Shown: in pieces, positions 1 through 7,561 of the stretch
How the letters are laid out: the number at the start of each line of letters is the position of its first letter
How positions within the stretch are numbered: the first letter of the stretch is position 1
Assembly (NCBI GenBank): GCA_963704665.1
Contig: OY969929.1
Location: 301,458 to 325,457 of the forward strand
DNA: 24,000 nt
Direction: 5' to 3'
Source of the DNA: an uncultured Actinomycetota bacterium
Lineage (GTDB): Bacteria; Actinomycetota; Actinomycetes; Propionibacteriales; Propionibacteriaceae
The notes under the pieces: model-generated
The model's database searches: none
Seen by the model: only the letters and a program-made list of their open reading frames with translations
Told to the model about the DNA's origin: nothing
Made by a program: the position numbers and the translations under genes

Positions 1-294
1 GGCCGGCTCAGCGGGGCCGACCTGCAGTGCCCGTTGTGGCCGGTGAAGTCGGCCCGGGCCCAGCCGGAGGTGAGCGCGGACGGGACGCCGCCGATCGTGG
101 TGATCGGGACGACCGGCGACCCGGCGACCCCGTACGAGTACGCGCCGGCCATGGCCGACCAGCTGGAGAACGGGGTGCTGGTCACCTTCCGCGGCGAGGG
201 GCATCTGGCCTACAGCCAGAGCGCATGCGTCCGTGCGCTGGTGGCCGCGTACCTCAACGACGGCGTGGTGCCGGCCGACCGGACCACCTGTTGA
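1..294 (+). CDS. alpha/beta hydrolase, C-terminal fragment (tripeptidyl-aminopeptidase 'TAP-like' C-terminal domain); 5' end outside window
   Basis: Frame 1 is open from the window edge to TGA 292-294. The translation ..CPLWPV..IVVIGTTGDPATPYEYA..VTFRGEGHLAY..C..YL..G..P....C has the conserved C-terminal pattern of actinobacterial TAP-type hydrolases. Confidence 0.6.
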   Translation, partial: GRLSGADLQCPLWPVKSARAQPEVSADGTPPIVVIGTTGDPATPYEYAPAMADQLENGVLVTFRGEGHLAYSQSACVRALVAAYLNDGVVPADRTTC

Positions 295-717
295 TCAGAT
301 CGGCCCGTCGTCCGCGGTGCTGGGCTCGGGCTCGGGCTCGGGCTCGTCGGGCGCGGTCTGATCAGGCGCGGTCTGATCAGGCACGGTCGGCTGAGTGCCC
401 TGGCCCTGCTGCTGCAGTTGGTCGTCGTCCTGCGGCGGTACACCGAGCTCGCCGCGCCCCATCCCTGCCGGGCCGCCGCCCTGGCGCTGGGTGACCTGGG
501 CCTGGCTCGGCGTGCTCGACCCGGCCACCGCGTACGTGGCCCCGCCCCCGGCGAGAGCGCCGGCCGCGACCAGCGCCGCTCCGATCAGCCACGTCCGGCT
601 CCTGCTCGGGTGGGCGGTAGCGGCGTGGGTCGGGGCCGTGGCCTCGGCCACCGGCTCGACCACGTACACGGTCGGCGGCGAGGCCGGATCGATCGGATGG
701 TTCGTGTCGTTGTCCAT
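295..717 (-). CDS. small single-pass membrane protein with Pro/Asp/Gln/Glu-rich repetitive C-terminus (hypothetical)
   Basis: ATG (cat 715-717) opens a 140-aa ORF, MDNDTNHP.... It has one hydrophobic helix, WLIGAALVAAGALAGGGATYAVAG. The tail contains PDQTA x2 and (EP)4, encoded by the tandem DNA repeats at 322-394. The longer 293-aa track ORF runs through the tRNA and is discounted. Confidence 0.5.
   Translation of the reverse strand: MDNDTNHPIDPASPPTVYVVEPVAEATAPTHAATAHPSRSRTWLIGAALVAAGALAGGGATYAVAGSSTPSQAQVTQRQGGGPAGMGRGELGVPPQDDDQLQQQGQGTQPTVPDQTAPDQTAPDEPEPEPEPSTADDGPI
322..394. repeat. tandem repeats: (GGGCTC)x4 at 322-345, then a 15-nt unit GGCGCGGTCTGATCA x2 plus a degenerate third copy at 350-394
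   Basis: Read directly from the sequence. The repeats lie inside the 3' part of the minus-strand CDS 295-717. Confidence 0.85.
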
Positions 718-797
718 GGCGACGACGGTGCCGAGCCCGGCTGTGCCGATGCTGCCGGGCGTCTGTGAACCAGCTCTGAACCGTCCTCCGGTTCGAC

Positions 798-827
798 TTC
801 GACGCCGGCCGGGACGCCCGATATAGT
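798..827 (+). promoter_or_regulatory. candidate sigma-70-type promoter for tRNA-Thr (-35 TTCGAC, 18-nt spacer, -10 TATAGT)
   Basis: TATAGT at 822-827 lies ~36 nt upstream of the mature tRNA 5' end. TTCGAC at 798-803 is a weak -35. Assignment is by eye only. Confidence 0.3.
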
Positions 828-863
828 TGCCCCTCGTGCGTCGGGTCACCCCTGACCGCACAG

Positions 864-939
864 GCCGCCTTAGCTCAGATGGCAGAGCAACGCACTCGTA
901 ATGCGTAGGTCGAGAGTTCGATTCTCTCAGGCGGCCCCA
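864..939 (+). tRNA. tRNA-Thr (anticodon CGT), genomically encoded CCA
   Basis: Manual cloverleaf. The acceptor GCCGCCT/AGGCGGC is fully paired. D arm is GCTC/GAGC. The anticodon stem ACGCA/TGCGT carries the loop CT-CGT-AA. T arm is GAGAG-TTCGATT-CTCTC. Discriminator C936 is followed by CCA 937-939. Confidence 0.92.
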
Positions 940-1034
940 CCCGAACCACTTGACCAGGTGGTCATTGTTCCCTCTGCTTTCGTCCCGTCGCGGCCGCGGC
1001 GCCAGGAGCAGCCAACCGAGCAGCCTAGGCGCGC

Positions 1035-1270
1035 TCAGCACCCTCGGTGAGCAAGGCTGGTCACGCCCTCGATGGCGGACCGCGAGACATTCGCAGAGAG
1101 GTGGCTGTAGGTGTTCATCGGGACGCTGATCTGGGAGTGGCCCAGGACCTCCATCACCACCCGTGGATAGCCTCACCGGCGAGCATCAGAGAAGCGGATC
1201 TGCCCCCAACCTGGCTCCAGTCAACAGCCGAGGGGCGGCGATGCGCTGCTCGCGGTAGTTGCGAAGGGCA
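1035..1270 (-). pseudogene. tyrosine recombinase (phage-type integrase) C-terminal remnant, frameshifted and truncated
   Basis: The minus-strand translation ends ..VVMEVLGHSQISVPMNTYSHLSANV..* (stop tca 1035-1037), which is the catalytic-Tyr region. ..SASLMLAGEAIHG.. (the RHxxAS-like box) sits in a different frame, and ALRNYREQR in a third. No N-terminal domain is present. Confidence 0.6.
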
Positions 1271-1410
1271 TACCTCCTTCCCGCCTGGTCCGAGCGAGGC
1301 CTGCAAAGACGCACTGCCGCGGCGCTCTGCCCGGCAGGACGTGGTCACCTCAGTAGCAGTCCCAAGGTGGGTGTGGTTCGCCCATCAGGTCGGCTAGCTT
1401 CTTCCCTTTT

Positions 1411-1427
1411 ATACCCCATGGGGGTAT
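1411..1427. promoter_or_regulatory. CsoR-type operator (ATACCCC-ATG-GGGGTAT), 9 nt upstream of the ATPase start codon
   Basis: A perfect 7-3-7 inverted repeat with a GC tract flanked by ATA/TAT, as in known CsoR operators of B. subtilis copZA and Streptomyces. It overlaps a possible -10, TATTGT 1424-1429. Confidence 0.6.
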
Positions 1428-1436
1428 TGTTCCCGT

Positions 1437-3791
1437 ATGTCTACTCATCCTCATCCGCACCACACGGACGTCTCGGCCGCCCTTGTCCGGGACCCTGTCT
1501 GCGGTATGGACGTGGATTCTGGGGCGGGCGGCCCGCATTCGGAGCATCGCGGGGTGACGTACCACTTCTGCTCAGCGCAGTGCCGGGCGAAGTTCGACGC
1601 CGACCCGACGGCGTACGCCGTCGACGCCGAACGCGCTCAACCTTCGGTCAAGCCGGTGGTGGTGTCAGCGGGTGAGGAGGTTGAGTACACCTGTCCGATG
1701 CATCCGGAGATCCGGCAGACGGGACCGGGCGCCTGCCCGATCTGTGGCATGGCGTTGGAGCCGGTGGTGGTGACCGCCGCCACTGGACCGAGTCCCGAGC
1801 TGGCGGACATGAGGCGAAGGTTCTGGGTCGCCTTGGTCTTGTCGGTCCCGGTCGTCGTGCTGGAGATGGGCGGGCACCTGTTCCCGGCGTTACATCAGCT
1901 GGTGTCCCCGTCGGTGTCGACGTGGGTCCAGCTCGTACTGGCGACTCCGGTCGTGTTGTGGGCGGGCTGGCCGTTCTTCACCCGCGGCTGGACCTCGGTC
2001 CGCACCCTCAAGCTGAACATGTTCACCCTGATCGCGATGGGCACCGGCGTTGCCTGGCTGTTCAGTGTCATCGCCACCGTCGCCCCGGGGGTGTTTCCCG
2101 ACTCCTTCCGGGGCATGGGCGGCACCGTGGACGTGTACTTCGAGGCCGCGGCGGTCATCACGGTGCTGGTGCTGCTGGGTCAGGTGCTCGAGCTGCGGGC
2201 CCGCGACCAGACCTCCGGGGCCATTCGGGCCTTGCTGGACCTCACCCCCAAGACCGCGCACCGAGTGGACGCGGACGGCACGGAGGCGGACGTGAGCTTG
2301 GACCTGGTGCAGATCGGGGACCGGCTCCGGGTCCGTCCGGGTGAGAAGGTCCCGGTTGACGGCATCGTCGAGAGCGGTCGCTCCGCGTTGGACGAAGCTC
2401 TCGTCACCGGCGAATCGATGCCGGTCACCAAAACCGACGGCGACATGGTCATCGGCGGCACCCTGAACCAGACCGGGTCGTTGGTCGTCCGCGCCGACAA
2501 GGTCGGCCGGGACACAATGCTCGCCCGGATCGTCCAGATGGTGGCCGAGGCGCAACGCTCTCGGGCGCCCATCCAGCGGACGGCGGACCGGGTCGCCGCC
2601 TGGTTCGTGCCGGCGGTCCTTCTCATCGCTGTGGTCGCCGCCGTCATCTGGGGCACCGTCGGGCCCGAGCCGCGGCTCGCGCACGCCCTGATTGTTGCTG
2701 TGGCCGTGCTGATCATCGCCTGCCCCTGCGCGCTCGGGCTCGCCACACCCGTCTCGATCATGGTGGGTGTCGGCCGCGGCGCAGGCCTGGGCGTCCTGAT
2801 CAAAAACGCGGAAGCGCTCGAGCGGATGGAGAAGGTCGACACCCTTGTCGTCGACAAGACCGGCACCCTGACCGAAGGGCGGCCCTCGCTCACCCACATC
2901 GTCGCGTCGGCCGGCTTCGACAGCGACGACGTCCTGCGCCTGGCGGCCGCGGTGGAACGCCCATCAGACCACCCTCTCGCCCGCGCCATCGTCAACGCAG
3001 CCGACAAGGCCGGCGTGGTGATTCCCGAGGTGAGCGACTTCGACTCCCCAACCGGCAAGGGCGCGATCGGCACCGTGGCGAACCGCCGCGTCGTGATCGG
3101 CAGCGCCTCCTTCCTGCTCAGCAACGGCATGGACACCGCTCAGCTCACCGCCTCAGCCGATGAGCTGCGCGCCGAGGGCGCCACCGCCATCTTCATCGGG
3201 GTGGACGGTCAGGTCGCGGGCATCATCGCCATCGCCGACCCGGTCAAGGACACCACCGCCGACGCCCTCCGCGCGCTTCGTGCTGAGGGTATTGACATCG
3301 TCATGTTGACCGGTGACAACCGGGTCACCGCGGAAGCCGTCGGAGCCCGCCTGGGCATCACCCGGGTAGAAGCCGAAGTCCTCCCCGACCACAAGAGCGA
3401 CATCGTCAAACAGCTCCGCAGCAGGGGGAAGGTCGTCGCCATGGCCGGCGACGGTGTCAACGACGCCCCGGCCCTCGCCGCCGCAGACGTCGGACTGGCT
3501 ATGAGCTCAGGCACCGACGTAGCGATAGAGAGCGCCGGGATCACCCTGCTCAGGGGCGACCTGACCGGTATCGTCCGCGCTCGGCAGCTCTCCCACGCCA
3601 CCATGTCGAACATTCGACAAAACTTGGTGTTCGCGTTCATTTACAACGTGGCCGGCATCCCGATCGCCGCCGGCATCCTCTACCCAGCCTTCGGGCTCCT
3701 GCTGTCTCCCATCATTGCCGCAGCCGCCATGGCCCTGTCTTCGGTCAGTGTCATCACCAACGCCCTACGCCTCAAGACCCGACAGCTGTGA
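1437..3791 (+). CDS. copA: copper(I)/silver-translocating P1B-type ATPase
   Basis: 784-aa ORF. Motifs present: TGES (VTGESMPV), CPC ([13 protein letters not shown]), [23 protein letters not shown]. The N-terminus has a His-rich HPHPHH stretch, a TRASH/YHS-like DPVCGMDVD...HFCSAQC and a YTCPMHPE...CPICGM zinc-ribbon-like metal-binding module. Confidence 0.95.
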   Translation: MSTHPHPHHTDVSAALVRDPVCGMDVDSGAGGPHSEHRGVTYHFCSAQCRAKFDADPTAYAVDAERAQPSVKPVVVSAGEEVEYTCPMHPEIRQTGPGACPICGMALEPVVVTAATGPSPELADMRRRFWVALVLSVPVVVLEMGGHLFPALHQLVSPSVSTWVQLVLATPVVLWAGWPFFTRGWTSVRTLKLNMFTLIAMGTGVAWLFSVIATVAPGVFPDSFRGMGGTVDVYFEAAAVITVLVLLGQVLELRARDQTSGAIRALLDLTPKTAHRVDADGTEADVSLDLVQIGDRLRVRPGEKVPVDGIVESGRSALDEALVTGESMPVTKTDGDMVIGGTLNQTGSLVVRADKVGRDTMLARIVQMVAEAQRSRAPIQRTADRVAAWFVPAVLLIAVVAAVIWGTVGPEPRLAHALIVAVAVLIIACPCALGLATPVSIMVGVGRGAGLGVLIKNAEALERMEKVDTLVVDKTGTLTEGRPSLTHIVASAGFDSDDVLRLAAAVERPSDHPLARAIVNAADKAGVVIPEVSDFDSPTGKGAIGTVANRRVVIGSASFLLSNGMDTAQLTASADELRAEGATAIFIGVDGQVAGIIAIADPVKDTTADALRALRAEGIDIVMLTGDNRVTAEAVGARLGITRVEAEVLPDHKSDIVKQLRSRGKVVAMAGDGVNDAPALAAADVGLAMSSGTDVAIESAGITLLRGDLTGIVRARQLSHATMSNIRQNLVFAFIYNVAGIPIAAGILYPAFGLLLSPIIAAAAMALSSVSVITNALRLKTRQL

Positions 3792-3815
3792 CCACCCCTA
3801 TGGGAGCCGCACGAG

Positions 3816-3848
3816 CAGCCGCCGCAGCGGCTGAGGCGACTGTCGCCT
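3816..3848 (+). terminator. two adjacent GC-rich hairpins downstream of the ATPase stop (candidate intrinsic terminator, no U-tract)
   Basis: CAGCCGC-cgca-GCGGCTG at 3816-3833 is followed directly by AGGCGA-ctg-TCGCCT at 3834-3848. They begin 25 nt after TGA 3789-3791. Confidence 0.3.
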
Positions 3849-4091
3849 CGCGAGGCCACGGAGTGAGCTCTATTCGACCGTAGCCAACTGCCCGAGTCGA
3901 AGTTGGCGGCGCAGGGGGAGGGGTCACTGATCGAGTCGCTCAGGAGCGGACCAAGGCGGGCGGTCGCAGCAGACGCTTTCTTCACGTTCAGGTCGGCCCC
4001 CTCACCGCCAACGGCGAGAAGGTGTAACCACGCAGTTGGTGCAAGTGTTCATCCAGCCGTCCCAAGGAGACGAAGGCGCCGCGCCAACGAC

Positions 4092-4108
4092 ATACCCCCC
4101 TTGGGTGT
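4092..4108. promoter_or_regulatory. degenerate CsoR-like operator (ATACCCC-CCT-TGGGTGT) upstream of the DUF6153-like gene
   Basis: It has the same 7-3-7 architecture as 1411-1427. The left half is 7/7 and the right half 5/7. It lies 59 nt upstream of GTG 4167. Confidence 0.4.
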
Positions 4109-4166
4109 GCGTCGTAGTCTGGGCAAGGAAGCGGTCAAGCGAGCGAAAGGCTGGAGGCGGTCGCCG

Positions 4167-4769
4167 GTGCGGGTTCACTGTGCTGCCAGCTCAAGCGGGT
4201 CATCTCGTTCGGTTGACTGGTGGCGACGCGTCGTCTTGGCTTCGGCTCTGTGGGTGGTGGTGCTGGGTGTGGTCGGGATGCATCAGCTCTCGCTCGGCCA
4301 CGACTTCGCCGCTCCGGCCGTCGCCGGCGGCCATTCTCATCGTGGCGCCGGGCACCCTGACAGCGTTCAGCATGACGTCGCGCAGCAGATGGACGGTGCC
4401 GACCGCGCTTCCGGAGGTCCGCACCAAGCGGGTCTAGGTGTGGACTCTGTCGGTGCGGGTGGTTACGCGATCGCATCTGCCGTGCACCACGAAACCAACG
4501 TCGGCCAGGTAGGTAGTGGGCTGACCGCCGCCTGGGGCTGGCCGTCGAGCGCGGAGGCCGATGCGTGTCCCGGCTGCGGCCCGCACAACATGGCGTTCAG
4601 CGCTTGCCTGCTGGCGATGACGCTGCTGGTGCTGACCTGGCTGCTGACGCCGCCACAGATGAGACACCTCCCACCCCGACGGGTGCGGCATACCGCGACC
4701 ATGGCCACACCAGTCGGTCGGCCACTGCCAGCAATGTCCCTGACGGAGCTTTCGATACTCCGCACCTGA
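4167..4769 (+). CDS. DUF6153-like membrane protein (Cu-island associated, His/Cys motifs)
   Basis: GTG 4167 is preceded by GGAGG (4153-4157, 9-nt spacing). An N-terminal TM ends in ..VVGMHQLS.., followed by His-rich HSHRGAGH. Further on come CPGCGPHNMAFSAC plus a second TM, and a C-terminal ..LTELSILRT typical of this actinobacterial family. Start is uncertain; the track ORF begins at TTG 3903. Confidence 0.55.
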   Translation: MRVHCAASSSGSSRSVDWWRRVVLASALWVVVLGVVGMHQLSLGHDFAAPAVAGGHSHRGAGHPDSVQHDVAQQMDGADRASGGPHQAGLGVDSVGAGGYAIASAVHHETNVGQVGSGLTAAWGWPSSAEADACPGCGPHNMAFSACLLAMTLLVLTWLLTPPQMRHLPPRRVRHTATMATPVGRPLPAMSLTELSILRT

Positions 4770-4888
4770 GCCGAACTGTGGAGCGACGCCTCTTCACCGA
4801 CCAGACAGCGCGCCCAACGGTCGCCCGGTTCGGTCAGCCCCTTCTGGGGACTCTTACACACCCGTGCACACACGAAGGACTGAACCAC

Positions 4889-5548
4889 ATGATGAAGCAG
4901 CATGCAGCAAAAATCACCCTGACCGCGTTGACCCTGGGCATCACCCTCGGGTTGGCCGGATGCGGGGGCAGTAACGACGCAGGCGGAATGGGTGGTACGG
5001 ACCATGGCGCGTCACCGATGTCGCAGATGCCGTCTACCAGCCCTAGCTCCACCGAGGCGTCGCCGAGCGCAAGCGCGGCGGCACAGTTCAACGACGCTGA
5101 CGTCATGTTCGTCCAAGGCATGATCCCGCACCACAAGCAGGCCGTCGAAATGAGCACCACCCTGGTGAACAAGTCCGGGATCACCGCCGACACGACCGCC
5201 CTCGCTCAGCAGATCCAAGCCGCCCAGCAGCCTGAGATCACGGCCATGGAGACCTGGCTCAAGACCTGGGGCAAGTCGGTCGACGAGGGCATGGGCGGCA
5301 TGAACCACGGCGGCATGGACGGGATGGCCACCGACGCGGAGATGAAGGCGTTCGACCAAGCAGACGGATCCGCCGCGGAGAAGCTGTACCTGGAGATGAT
5401 GACCAAGCACCACGAGGGCGCGATCATGATGGCCCAGATGGAGCAGAAGAGCGGCAAGAACTCAGACGCGATCGAGCTGGCGGAGAACATTGTCAGCAGT
5501 CAGCAGGCCGAGATCGACATCATGAAAGGGCTTCTTGCCGCCCTGTGA
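4889..5548 (+). CDS. DUF305 family lipoprotein (copper-resistance associated four-helix-bundle protein)
   Basis: ATG 4889 follows AAGGA (4875-4879). The signal peptide has the lipobox LAGC. Duplicated DUF305 motifs are present: MFVQGMIPHHKQAVEM and YLEMMTKHHEGAIMMA. A Met/Gly/His-rich linker reads MGGMNHGGMDGM. Confidence 0.9.
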   Translation: MMKQHAAKITLTALTLGITLGLAGCGGSNDAGGMGGTDHGASPMSQMPSTSPSSTEASPSASAAAQFNDADVMFVQGMIPHHKQAVEMSTTLVNKSGITADTTALAQQIQAAQQPEITAMETWLKTWGKSVDEGMGGMNHGGMDGMATDAEMKAFDQADGSAAEKLYLEMMTKHHEGAIMMAQMEQKSGKNSDAIELAENIVSSQQAEIDIMKGLLAAL

Positions 5549-5614
5549 GTCCCGCCGGAACGTCGGGAGGCGGACGCTTCGGTCTGGGCCGCCTTCCGGC
5601 GTACAGGTCACAAG

Positions 5615-5631
5615 ACACGCCCTTGGGGTTG
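5615..5631. promoter_or_regulatory. weak CsoR-like 7-3-7 element (ACACGCC-CTT-GGGGTTG) upstream of the lipoprotein gene
   Basis: Each half matches ATACCCC/GGGGTAT at 5/7. It lies 35 nt upstream of GTG 5666. Weak evidence. Confidence 0.2.
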
Positions 5632-5665
5632 TTCAACCCGCTCGCTTGCGACCTGCGTCGCTGGC

Positions 5666-6346
5666 GTGCTCACCCGATTCACGCGGTGCGGCCGACTCGT
5701 GGCGCGGCCGGCTCGTGTCGGCTTCACCCTCTTCGTCGCGAAATCATCGAAGGAGCTCCCCATCACCTCGACCTGTTCGCGGCCGGCTCGAAAGGTCGCC
5801 GCAGTTGTACTCAGCTTCTGCGTTGCCACCGTGGCAGTCGGCTGCAGTACCAACCGGACTGACTCGGCTGCACCCAACCCGAAAGGTACATCCACAATTG
5901 AATCGGTCGGACTGGACGGCCGGTCGCTGCCGCCGTGGCCGGCACCCCTCGACGTGGCCGCGCAGGTGGCGGCCGCCGGCCTCGACCTCGGGCCCATGGG
6001 CATGGCCGAGCACTACCATCCGCAGCTGCGGATCATCATCCGCGGCACCGCAGTGACGGTGCCCGGCGACATTGGCGTCGATCCCGCCACCGGTGCCATG
6101 TCTGCGCTACACACCCATGAGTCTGGCGGGACGGTCCACATCGAGGCCGACACCGTCGGTGAAGTCTTCACACTGGGCCAGCTGTTCACCCAGTGGGGCG
6201 TGGAGTTGACCTCCACCGAGATCGGCGGCGTCCGAACCACGAACGGCGAGAAGGTGACGGTCACCAGTAACGGGGCACGCGTCGCCGGCGACCCGGCGGA
6301 ACTCCGGCTTGAGCCGGAGCAGAAGATCGTGCTGGAGCTGTCATGA
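5666..6346 (+). CDS. lipoprotein of a conserved uncharacterised family (HYH / LHTHE / VHIE motifs; possible metal site)
   Basis: 226-aa ORF starting at GTG 5666 (alternative GTG 5699). Lipobox AVGC. The C-terminal domain reads ..EHYHPQLRIIIRGTAVTVPGDIGVD....ALHTHESGGTVHIE....FTLGQLFTQWGV.., resembling a widespread unnamed family. High GC3. Confidence 0.7.
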   Translation: MLTRFTRCGRLVARPARVGFTLFVAKSSKELPITSTCSRPARKVAAVVLSFCVATVAVGCSTNRTDSAAPNPKGTSTIESVGLDGRSLPPWPAPLDVAAQVAAAGLDLGPMGMAEHYHPQLRIIIRGTAVTVPGDIGVDPATGAMSALHTHESGGTVHIEADTVGEVFTLGQLFTQWGVELTSTEIGGVRTTNGEKVTVTSNGARVAGDPAELRLEPEQKIVLELS

Positions 6347-6483
6347 GCGCAGTCCACCTCGCCCGCCGGCTGAGGCCTTTCCTCTGGGGTTTGTCGGCCC
6401 TCGTCCTGGTGGCCATGACGGTGTGGTGGTGGAGCCCGTGGACCGATGGTCTCACCCTCAGGTTGATCACAATCCGCCGCTGA
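6343..6483 (+). CDS. 46-aa single-TM peptide, translationally coupled (ATGA) to the upstream lipoprotein gene
   Basis: Not in the ORF track because it is under 60 aa. ATG 6343-6345 overlaps TGA 6344-6346. Sequence: MSAVHLARRLRPFLWGLSALVLVAMTVWWWSPWTDGLTLRLITIRR. Hand-counted GC3 is ~87 percent, like the flanking genes. It has a positive-inside N-terminus and one hydrophobic helix. Confidence 0.45.
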   Translation: MSAVHLARRLRPFLWGLSALVLVAMTVWWWSPWTDGLTLRLITIRR

Positions 6484-6735
6484 TCCTCGTCAGTGCCGCC
6501 ACCACGGCCACACTCGTTCAAAGGATTAGTCCTCGTACCCTGAAAGACGGCGACGAAGCTGCTGGTTCTGACCGTGCGACGCGGCAAGAGCGCGCTCAAG
6601 GGCAGCATGCTCGGCACCTGCGGCCTTGACCAGCCGTGGAGTAGAGCGTCGAGATTGGACCCATCCGATCCTTGCGAGGCCTCCGAAGTACGGACGAGTG
6701 CACGAAACGATCGTGCCCAGTCTCGGAGGAACTCA

Positions 6736-7374
6736 ATGAAGATCAAACTCCTGGCAGCCACAGCAGCAGGCGGAGCCGTTCTGCTCAGCACCGTCGCCCT
6801 GGGCGGCACCGCCGTCGCAACGGGCTACTCGCCCCAGCACCGGGACAACAAGGTAGAGGCGCATCTGGACCCCCTGAACAACTCCGGGGTCACCGGCCAC
6901 GCCCACGTCAAGGTGGAGGGGAAGAAGCTCGACGTGCATTATGAGGCGAAGGGCCTGGCGCCGAACCTGCCGCACGCCGCTCACATCCACTACGGCGAGC
7001 AGGCCACGCACGAGTGCCCCACGGTCCGGGACGACAAGAACGGCGACTTCCGGCTGAACGTGGTCGAGGGCGTGCCGCGCTACGGCCCGATCGCGGTGTC
7101 TCTCACCACCAAGGGCGACACCAGTCCGGCTAGCGGCCTCGCCGTCGACCGGTTCTCCACCGCCCCGAAGGGGGCCATCCACTACGACCGGACCGTGAAG
7201 ACCAGCAAGGCCGTTGCTCGCGCCATCCGCAACGGTGAAGGCGTCGTGGTCGTGCACGGCGTCGACTACAACAACAACGGCAAGTACGACTTCGACAGCG
7301 CAGGCAAGAGCGAGCTCAACGCCGCCCTGCCCGCCGAGGCGACCGACCCCGCAGCCTGCGGCGTCCTGCGCTGA
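6736..7374 (+). CDS. secreted CHRD-like / Cu,Zn-superoxide-dismutase-like beta-sandwich protein (His-rich)
   Basis: ATG 6736 is preceded by GGAGGA (6725-6730). A signal peptide is present. Motifs: LNNSGVTGHAHVKV, GLAPNLPHAAHIHYGEQATHECP, VVVVHGVDYNNNG and a C-terminal ..PAACGVLR. These recall the CHRD 'aHIHxG' and the SodC 'ACGVI' ends. The exact family is unresolved. Confidence 0.7.
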   Translation: MKIKLLAATAAGGAVLLSTVALGGTAVATGYSPQHRDNKVEAHLDPLNNSGVTGHAHVKVEGKKLDVHYEAKGLAPNLPHAAHIHYGEQATHECPTVRDDKNGDFRLNVVEGVPRYGPIAVSLTTKGDTSPASGLAVDRFSTAPKGAIHYDRTVKTSKAVARAIRNGEGVVVVHGVDYNNNGKYDFDSAGKSELNAALPAEATDPAACGVLR

Positions 7375-7561
7375 AGGATGTGACGGGCTGACCAGCCTCA
7401 CCTGATGGGCCAGAGCCCGGACGCCACCAGCGGGTGTCCGGGCTCGTCTGCTCAACTGCGAGAAGCAGCCAACGAGCAGCCAAGCCCAAGAACGAAACGG
7501 GCCCGGGTGGTGCTGACTGAGACGTCCTCGAGCGTTGGCCGCACTTGCGCGGACGCTTCGC

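Noticed and set aside
27-494. Long Arg/Pro/Gly/Ala-rich ORFs throughout the six-frame track. Examples: 27-494, 1890-2897, 2180-3136, 7604-8854, 8985-9725, 10571-11389, 13037-13816, 20796-21419, and the N-terminal parts of 15418-16059, 15693-16655, 20846-21871, 21622-22884 and 22278-22871.
   Set aside because: These are shadow or antisense frames typical of ~70 percent GC DNA. They overlap CDSs with clear family motifs, have low-complexity RRRP-type composition and lack recognisable domains. For the N-terminal extensions, an internal start with a 4-nt stop/start overlap or a good SD explains the conserved part.
3791-3806. ACCACCCCTATGGGAG just after the ATPase stop, considered as another CsoR-like site.
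   Set aside because: Only the CCC..GGG core is palindromic and the ATA/TAT flanks are missing. Its position at a gene 3' end makes an operator role unlikely.
6500-6640. Minus-strand coiled-coil-like text (..VKAAGAEHAALERALAASHGQNQQLRRRLSGYED*), considered as a transposase or regulator fragment in the spacer upstream of the CHRD-like gene.
   Set aside because: It is a short fragment with no recognisable family motif, start or flanking repeats. It cannot be distinguished from chance by eye.
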